From the NCBI GenBank assembly GCA_947165285.1, contig CAMUZS010000003.1, positions 87,598-151,597 on the forward strand: a stretch of 64,000 nt of DNA, read 5' to 3'. Of the stretch, positions 57,830-64,000 are shown piece after piece. This DNA comes from an uncultured Mycoplasmatota bacterium (GTDB lineage: Bacteria > Bacillota_I > Bacilli_A > RF39 > UBA660). Below the pieces are notes generated by a model. That model did not search any database, had not been told where the DNA came from, and saw nothing but the letters and a program-made list of their open reading frames with translations. The position numbers and the translations under genes are program-made. Numbering within the stretch: the stretch's first letter is position 1; each line of letters begins with the position of its first letter.

Positions 57830-58690
57830 TTACTTTCTTTCCCATCTAGCAAAATTACCACAAGGTAAAATAATATTACTATTACTTTGTTTTATTCCAA
57901 GTTCATCACTAAATATTTTACCACCTAAATCAGAAACTAAAACTATATTTAAAATATTTTCTAAAACAGTTTTAGAAAGTCCAGTAGTATATGAATTAAT
58001 TAAAAACAATAATGAATCATCTGATAGTAATTCCTTACACAAAGATACCAATTCAAATAAGTCTTTTTCAATATTCCATACTTCTCCAGATGATCCTCTT
58101 CCAAATGAAGGTGGATCCATTATAATAATGTCATATTTATTACCACGTCTAATTTCTCTTTTTACAAATTTTAAAACATCATCTACTAAAAATCTTATTG
58201 GTTTATCCTCTAGATTTGATGATTTAACATTTTCTTTTGCCCAATCAATCATTCCACGAGATGAATCAACATGAACAACCGATGCTCCTGCAGATAGTGC
58301 TGCAATACTAGCCGCTCCAGTATAAGCAAACAAATTTAATACTTTAATATCTTTTCTATTAGATTCTCTTATAATTTTATCTATATAATTCCAATTATAT
58401 GCTTGTTCTGGAAATAAACCAGTATGTTTAAAATTCATTAATTTTAAATTAAAAGTATAATCTCTATAATTTATTTGCCAACTACTAGGAATACTTTTTA
58501 TTATTTTCCAAGATCCTCCACCAGAACTACTACGACTATATTTAGCATCAGCTAATGAATTACTTAAATCATCTTGCCATATTATTTCAGGATCAGGTCT
58601 TAATAAATAATACTTACCCCACTTTTCAAGTTTTTCCCCATTACTCATTCCTATTATTTCATAATCTTTAAAATCATTAACTATTTGCAT
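57830..58690 (-). CDS. class I SAM-dependent methyltransferase (RlmI/RlmK-like rRNA methyltransferase type)
   Basis: VLNLFAYTGAASIAA (SAM motif I) and IIMDPPSFGRG. Start set at ATG 58690 (AGGTG RBS). Confidence 0.75.
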   Translation of the reverse strand: MQIVNDFKDYEIIGMSNGEKLEKWGKYYLLRPDPEIIWQDDLSNSLADAKYSRSSSGGGSWKIIKSIPSSWQINYRDYTFNLKLMNFKHTGLFPEQAYNWNYIDKIIRESNRKDIKVLNLFAYTGAASIAALSAGASVVHVDSSRGMIDWAKENVKSSNLEDKPIRFLVDDVLKFVKREIRRGNKYDIIIMDPPSFGRGSSGEVWNIEKDLFELVSLCKELLSDDSLLFLINSYTTGLSKTVLENILNIVLVSDLGGKIFSDELGIKQSNSNIILPCGNFARWERK

Positions 58691-58699
58691 ATTTAACAC

Positions 58700-59218
58700 C
58701 TACTTTGAGATAAGATATTTAGTAATTGGATCTATTAATTCTAAAATAGAATGAATCATAAAAAAGTAACCTAAAACTAATATTTGAACATTACTACTAT
58801 AATTAAAACATAAACTAGTTAAAATACCCGATATAATAAAAACAATTAAAGTAATAATTCTAAGTTTCCACATTTTATCTTTTCTATCATTATAATAATC
58901 TGTTTTAATAAATTTTATAACAGACATTAAACTTACCCAAACCATAATTGATATACATAATACTTTTGAATTAAAAACTAAATTATAATCTACAATAGCA
59001 GTTGCTAAACTAACAACAAACGTAAGTAATCCCTCAATATCTTTTGAAGATTTAGTCATTAAATATTGAGCTAAATTTAAAATAGAATATAAAAACATAA
59101 TACTTATAAAGATAGTTTTAATATCACTATATTTTATAATTCCTAGAATAATAGTTAAAATACCTACTAAGAATAAACATGAATTAATTATAATATCAAT
59201 TTTTTGTTTATATTTCAT
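58700..59218 (-). CDS. small polytopic membrane protein (HdeD/DUF308-like)
   Basis: Starts at MKYKQKIDIIINS...; five or six TM helices; overlaps the upstream stop by 11 nt. Confidence 0.55.
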   Translation of the reverse strand: MKYKQKIDIIINSCLFLVGILTIILGIIKYSDIKTIFISIMFLYSILNLAQYLMTKSSKDIEGLLTFVVSLATAIVDYNLVFNSKVLCISIMVWVSLMSVIKFIKTDYYNDRKDKMWKLRIITLIVFIISGILTSLCFNYSSNVQILVLGYFFMIHSILELIDPITKYLISK

Positions 59219-59765
59219 ATAAAATATTTTCCTTCCAATAATTATTATTATTAAAATATTTCTCATTAATATTAGAAACAATATTTTCTAGTTCAAAAAG
59301 ATTAAATTCAATATTCAAATAATCCAAAACCATTTCAATAGCTTCATATAAAGAGACATTATTATTAACAATTAATATTTCCTTATTTGAATTAATACAT
59401 CTAATTTCAGGTACTAAATCTTTAAAATAACTTGGTATAATTAATCTACGATGATAATTATTAGTTGATAACTTTATTTGATACACTAAATTATTCTTCT
59501 TAAATAAATTAATCTTTACATCATGTGTATTAGCATATCTAATTATTTTACTATAACTAATAAGATCAATAGATTTTTCTATTATAACATTATTATTTTC
59601 TAAATCAACAACATATGCTCCATTATATAAAACTAAAATTGGTTTAATTTTATAATTACTAATATTGTCTAAAGTATTTTCGTTGTTTAAAATGATAATA
59701 TATTTGCAATTATCATCTATTTCATTGATTAATTCCTTTTCAATATTTACTATCTTTATATTCAT
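59208..59765 (-). CDS. hypothetical protein
   Basis: 185-aa ORF; no diagnostic motif. Confidence 0.5.
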   Translation of the reverse strand: MNIKIVNIEKELINEIDDNCKYIIILNNENTLDNISNYKIKPILVLYNGAYVVDLENNNVIIEKSIDLISYSKIIRYANTHDVKINLFKKNNLVYQIKLSTNNYHRRLIIPSYFKDLVPEIRCINSNKEILIVNNNVSLYEAIEMVLDYLNIEFNLFELENIVSNINEKYFNNNNYWKENILYEI

Positions 59766-59857
59766 ACATCATCACAATATTAGTATACACCATTTTAACA
59801 TAATATTTACATATTTTTTAACATTGCTGTTGTAAAATGATGTAAAATAAAAAATCA

Positions 59858-60475
59858 CTAATCATGTGATTTAATTACATATACTATAAAACCAACACCT
59901 ACGATAGCTACTAAAACAACTAATATAATAACTACATTATTAGACACTTTTGGTTCTTCCATATGATCAAAAACATCATATTTTTCATTTGAATTATACA
60001 TTTCAATAACTTGATCAATTATTTTCTTTCCTAAGTCTTCACTAAAACCAGAGTATGCTTTATTACCTACAACAATAAAAGGTACTCCATCACTTTTTTC
60101 TCCTAAAGTTGAAGCAACTTTACTCATTAATCTGTTATTACTTGTATTATTCCATACTTCATAAGAAACTATATTATAATACTTTCCATATTCTTTTGCA
60201 TTTTGTGCAAAATATACAATAGCATCTAGACAATGTGGACAAGTTGATCCTCTAAATATATAAACATTAATCTTTTTATCATCTTCTTTATAATCTGATA
60301 AATCTGCTGCTTTTAATTTAGATACGTCTTCTTCATATCCACCTAGCGCTCCAAATACCTTAATTTCATCCTCTACTGCTTGTTTTAATGTTTCTTTTGC
60401 CTCAGCATTTACTAATAAATTAAAAGAAAAAATACTTACTAATAATACAAATAAAATTTTAAATATCTTGTTCAT
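59858..60475 (-). CDS. secreted, C-terminally anchored thioredoxin-fold thiol-disulfide oxidoreductase (DsbA/BdbD-like, CPHC)
   Basis: Signal peptide, FRGSTCPHCLDAIVYF active-site motif, C-terminal TM VVIILVVLVAIVGVGFIVYVI. Confidence 0.75.
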   Translation of the reverse strand: MNKIFKILFVLLVSIFSFNLLVNAEAKETLKQAVEDEIKVFGALGGYEEDVSKLKAADLSDYKEDDKKINVYIFRGSTCPHCLDAIVYFAQNAKEYGKYYNIVSYEVWNNTSNNRLMSKVASTLGEKSDGVPFIVVGNKAYSGFSEDLGKKIIDQVIEMYNSNEKYDVFDHMEEPKVSNNVVIILVVLVAIVGVGFIVYVIKSHD

Positions 60476-60477
60476 TT

Positions 60478-60729
60478 TTAAACCTCCCTAACACTAATGT
60501 TTTTTTTAGTTTTTATATATTCTAATCTACTTTTAATTTTTATAATCGTTGAACCAGTATAAAAAATACCTATTGTAGAAAATACTCCAGTTAATCCAGA
60601 TATAAATAATGATTCAACAACTTCATTCATTAAAGAAATTGTAAACATTACTGCAGATAGAAATAATGATAAAAACCAAACTACCATTAACATTCTAAAT
60701 ATAATTATTTCACCCTTAATATTCTTCAT
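60478..60729 (-). CDS. small two-TM membrane protein
   Basis: ATG 60729 with GGTGA RBS; lies 2 nt upstream of the oxidoreductase gene. Confidence 0.5.
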   Translation of the reverse strand: MKNIKGEIIIFRMLMVVWFLSLFLSAVMFTISLMNEVVESLFISGLTGVFSTIGIFYTGSTIIKIKSRLEYIKTKKNISVREV

Positions 60730-60812
60730 ATTATTCACCAATAAAATTATAACATAAATTACTTGCCCAATCTATATTTTTTTAAATTCATAATATATAT
60801 AAGGTGATTTAT

Positions 60813-61610
60813 ATGAACATATTATTAAATATCAATCCTATTATTTTAAGCTTAATAGCAACTACCTTTACTTTTTTTATTACATTATTAGGATCATCAA
60901 TAGTATTCTTTTTTAAAAATATTAATAAAAATTTTTTAGATGCAATGCTAGGAATTTCAGCTGGAGTTATGATAGCAGCATCATTTTTTTCATTACTAAA
61001 TCCTGCTATTGAAATGGCAAAAAGTCTAAATTTAATTGTTTGGTTAGTTTTATTAATAGGTTTTACCTTAGGAGGAACTATATTATATTTAATAGATAAA
61101 TTTACTAATAAATTATTAAGTAGTAGAAAAAAAATCAAAAAGAAAAGTTTAAAAAGATGTATTATGCTAATAATTTCAATTACCTTACATAACATTCCTG
61201 AAGGAATGGCAATTGGAGTTGCATTCGGTAGTACAATCTATAATATTGACGGAGCCACTACTTATGCAGCACTAATATTAGCAATTGGAATTGGAATACA
61301 AAATTTTCCTGAAGGAAGTGCAGTATCACTTCCATTAAGACAAGAAGGATTATCTCGATTTAAATCATTTTTATTTGGTGGATTATCAGGTATAGTTGAA
61401 ATATTTTCTGGACTAATTGGTGTATTACTTGTTTTAAAAATAAGATTATTATTACCCTACTTATTATCATTTGCAGCTGGGGCAATGATTTATGTAGTAA
61501 TCGAAGAATTAATTCCAGAATCACAATCAAATGAAAGAAAAGATTTAATGGCATTATTTACACTTATTGGATTTTCTATTATGATGATATTAGATATAGC
61601 ATTAAGTTAA
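60813..61610 (+). CDS. ZIP-family divalent metal (zinc) transporter, ZupT/GufA-like
   Basis: HNIPEGMAIGVAFG and QNFPEGSAVSLPL motifs; eight TMs. ATG 60813 with AAGGTGA RBS. Confidence 0.85.
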   Translation: MNILLNINPIILSLIATTFTFFITLLGSSIVFFFKNINKNFLDAMLGISAGVMIAASFFSLLNPAIEMAKSLNLIVWLVLLIGFTLGGTILYLIDKFTNKLLSSRKKIKKKSLKRCIMLIISITLHNIPEGMAIGVAFGSTIYNIDGATTYAALILAIGIGIQNFPEGSAVSLPLRQEGLSRFKSFLFGGLSGIVEIFSGLIGVLLVLKIRLLLPYLLSFAAGAMIYVVIEELIPESQSNERKDLMALFTLIGFSIMMILDIALS

Positions 61611-62404
61611 TTATTAATATAATAAGCATAATATTCATCAAATGTTATATTTTCATCTTTAATAATTAAAGCTACTTCTTTTCCTACATATCTAAAATGC
61701 CATGGTTCAAAAGAAAAACCAGTTATTCTTTCTTTTTCTTTTGGATATCTTAAAATAAATCCATATTTATATGAATTATTTATTAGCCATTTATATTCAT
61801 TTGTATCTTTAAAGCTATTATTAACACTATTAATATCCAAACTTAATCCACTTTGATGTTCAGAGCATCCTGCCCTAGCAACGTATTTTTCAGTTAATTC
61901 AAATCCTTTATGCATAATATTATAATTATATATATATTCTTGATAATTATAATTTCTAAAAGCAGATATATTAAATAGCTTTATATTATCATTTAAAGCA
62001 TCATTAGCCATAATTTCAAACATATTCTTTGCTTCTTTTCTTAACATATTATGTTGCCCTAAATTATATAAATTAGATATTTCTTCTAAATCATCAGGAA
62101 TATAATCACTTTTTAAACAATTATATTTATTAACTAATACTATATTATCCAAAGATGTATCTGTTTCATTAATATTTATATAATAATCTCTATATAAACC
62201 AACATTAACTTCTCTTACTATATTATCAATATTATTATTTAAAATAGAATATGATAAATACTTATCAATATTTTTTTCTAAATAATATTTATTATCTTTT
62301 AATATATTTATTAAATTTTCTCTATCATAATAATTAATAGTATATTTATATTTATTACATCCAAAACATAATATAATTATAAACAACATAAAAAACTTTT
62401 TCAT
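61607..62404 (-). CDS. M15B (VanY-type) D-alanyl-D-alanine carboxypeptidase lipoprotein
   Basis: SEHQSGLSLDI and EPWHFRYVG zinc-site motifs; lipobox ILCFGC. The start must lie downstream of the terminator palindrome at 62431-62450. Confidence 0.85.
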   Translation of the reverse strand: MKKFFMLFIIILCFGCNKYKYTINYYDRENLINILKDNKYYLEKNIDKYLSYSILNNNIDNIVREVNVGLYRDYYININETDTSLDNIVLVNKYNCLKSDYIPDDLEEISNLYNLGQHNMLRKEAKNMFEIMANDALNDNIKLFNISAFRNYNYQEYIYNYNIMHKGFELTEKYVARAGCSEHQSGLSLDINSVNNSFKDTNEYKWLINNSYKYGFILRYPKEKERITGFSFEPWHFRYVGKEVALIIKDENITFDEYYAYYINN

Positions 62405-62419
62405 ATTAAATAATATTTT

Positions 62420-62450
62420 ATAAAATAAAAAAATTGCCAATTGGCAATTT
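62420..62450 (-). terminator. Rho-independent terminator after the acidic coiled-coil protein gene
   Basis: 20-nt palindrome aaattgccaattggcaattt, followed on the minus strand by a T-rich run. Confidence 0.65.
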
Positions 62451-62451
62451 A

Positions 62452-63567
62452 TTATCTACTTAATGTAGCAACTTCTTGATTACTATTTGTAATATTTTCA
62501 TTAAATTTATCAATCAAATCTTGAGGTATTTCAGATACAGGTATTGGTTGAGTTTTTAAAACAAAATTATAATTTGGATCTTTAACACTATTTACAAATG
62601 TTCTTGTTGCTTTAACACCAGCAGCACTATATTGTTGTTCAATAAGTGGTTCAATCAATTCATTAGGAATTGGATCAATATTAGTATTTTCTTGAGCAGC
62701 TTCCTCTACTGGAGCTTGTGGAATTTCTTCTTGATTAACAACTTGATCAAAACCATTTTCAACAGGTGTTTCTTCTTTTACTTCTTCAGTAACTTCTTCA
62801 ACAGGTGCTACATCAGATGTATTATTTTCTACACCAGCATCAAATGAATTAACACCAAATTCAGGAGTAACACTATCTTCCATTGGAACAATAGGCCCAT
62901 TTAAATTGATATCATTTTCAGGATTTTCAAGAACATTTTCATCTTCTTTAACTTCCTCATTAACTTCTTCTACTGGAGTATCAAGTACTGGAGCTATTTC
63001 ATCAGTTACTTCATTTTCAACTTGATCTTGTTTTATAACATCATTTTCTTCAACACGATCAACATTTCCTATTTTATTTAAAATATCTTCTTTATCATTT
63101 TTGTATGTTTCAATAAATTCATTTAGTAAAGCACTCATTTTTTCTTGTTCTTCAATAATATCATTAATCTTATTATCTTTACCATAATTTGAAACTTTAT
63201 CTTCTAATGAAGCTACTAAATCACTTAATTTAGAAATATCACTTGATTTAGACTTTTTATTATCAATTAACGCTTTTTTAATATCATTAATAACATCTCT
63301 TAAATCATCTTCAGTTTTTAATAAAGCAGTATTTAATTGATCATTTTCAGCAACAGCTTTTTCCATTTTTAATTGAGAAATTTCTGCTTTAAGACTTTCT
63401 CTTTCTGATTTTAACTCAGATAATTCTGCATTCTTATCAGATATTTTATTGTTAGCATTTGAGATTATTTCTTTCTTAATATATTCCATATACTCGCCTT
63501 GAGTTTCAGATTCAAACTTATCACGAAGTATAATTAAATCACTATTTTCCATTTCAACGTTTTCCAT
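62452..63567 (-). CDS. acidic coiled-coil hypothetical protein
   Basis: 371 aa. The N-terminal half is heptad-rich (AELSELKSERESLKAEISQLKMEKA); the C-terminal half is E/V/P-rich. Confidence 0.55.
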   Translation of the reverse strand: MENVEMENSDLIILRDKFESETQGEYMEYIKKEIISNANNKISDKNAELSELKSERESLKAEISQLKMEKAVAENDQLNTALLKTEDDLRDVINDIKKALIDNKKSKSSDISKLSDLVASLEDKVSNYGKDNKINDIIEEQEKMSALLNEFIETYKNDKEDILNKIGNVDRVEENDVIKQDQVENEVTDEIAPVLDTPVEEVNEEVKEDENVLENPENDINLNGPIVPMEDSVTPEFGVNSFDAGVENNTSDVAPVEEVTEEVKEETPVENGFDQVVNQEEIPQAPVEEAAQENTNIDPIPNELIEPLIEQQYSAAGVKATRTFVNSVKDPNYNFVLKTQPIPVSEIPQDLIDKFNENITNSNQEVATLSR

Positions 63568-63585
63568 AACTTAAACCTCTCCTTC

Positions 63586-63840
63586 TTAAAGACTTTTAAT
63601 CTTTTCAATAATACTATTGATTAAATCCCATTCTTGTTGGCTACTTACTTCACCTAAAGCACTAGGTCCTACTACTGGATCATATACTCCAATAAATAGA
63701 TTTTCTTGATTATTTTCATCTTTTTGATGATCAGTATATGCAATATAACCTTTATGAGTTTCATTACATACTAATGAAAATAAAATATCACAACTAACAT
63801 TTTCTCCATTCATATTTACAACTAACTTATCTTGATTCAT
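63586..63840 (-). CDS. DUF1292-family small protein
   Basis: 84 aa; ...ILFSLVCNETHKGYIAYTDH...ENLFIGVYDP pattern. Confidence 0.6.
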   Translation of the reverse strand: MNQDKLVVNMNGENVSCDILFSLVCNETHKGYIAYTDHQKDENNQENLFIGVYDPVVGPSALGEVSSQQEWDLINSIIEKIKSL

Positions 63841-64000
63841 ATAAACAACCTTCTATTCTACAATCAATTTTATCATATGTTTTTTTATTTATCAATAATA
63901 AAATATTGCTATTTTACATTTTTATTTAAAAACAATTTTTTTAAATAAAATTATTGACATTTTTTTATTTAATATTATATAATGTAATAGCAATGCCTGA

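Noticed and set aside
57787-57861. 25-codon extension of the spoVS track ORF.
   Set aside because: SpoVS homology starts exactly at MEILKV, behind an AAGGAGGA RBS. The extension would overlap the upstream methyltransferase gene.
60809-62847. ORFs 60809-61195, 61360-61554 (minus) and 62632-62847 (plus).
   Set aside because: Antisense shadow frames of the ZIP transporter and the acidic coiled-coil protein genes.
1-64000. Possibility of a Mollicutes-type genetic code (TGA = Trp), given the extreme AT content.
   Set aside because: Full-length PolC, DnaE, RecA, TopA and others are obtained with the standard code. TGA is also used as a genuine stop, for example the sipW-like gene ends at TGA 39172-39174 with the next gene starting beside it, and rbgA ends at a TGA.

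Overview
Very AT-rich chromosomal segment, coded almost entirely on the minus strand with the standard genetic code. It comes from a low-GC, endospore-forming Firmicute; the taxonomic call is inferred from the gene set. No similarity search was possible, so every call rests on motifs read from the ORF track and on signals read from the DNA. Core genes: cysteine desulfurase, ezrA, polC, dnaE, ruvB, ruvA, hup, spoIVA, an LCP protein, a BmrCD-like ABC pair, topA, an LtaS-family protein, rnhB, rbgA, lepB, rplS, recA, rplT, rpmI, infC, ssb, sufB, spoVS, a ZIP transporter and a VanY-type peptidase. No rRNA, tRNA, CRISPR array, transposase or integrase was seen. Four regions deserve follow-up. (1) 48.5-51.2 kb holds a self-contained operon of four proteins with a shared 6-residue prepilin-like leader (M-[KR]-[EQ]-[AT]-[TI]-G + hydrophobic helix) that fits neither the type IV nor the Flp consensus. 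Two are small and Cys-rich, two are TadE-like, and a TadZ/CpaE-like protein with a destroyed Walker A follows. No ATPase, platform protein or prepilin peptidase is in the window. (2) An unannotated 38-codon ORF with a textbook minimal double-glycine leader lies between that operon and recA. (3) 35.9-41.0 kb is a SipW/TasA-type fibre operon in which the SipW catalytic domain is fused to a ~260-aa polytopic membrane domain. It also encodes a two-TM membrane protein of the kind found beside SipW and a 731-aa internally duplicated beta-helix protein. (4) A 1.0-kb single-gene cassette is inserted at codon 9 of rbgA and carries a replacement rbgA 5' end. It is bounded by identical 21-mers and sits at the edge of an ~11-kb accessory block that splits the conserved rplS-lepB-rbgA-rnhB cluster.
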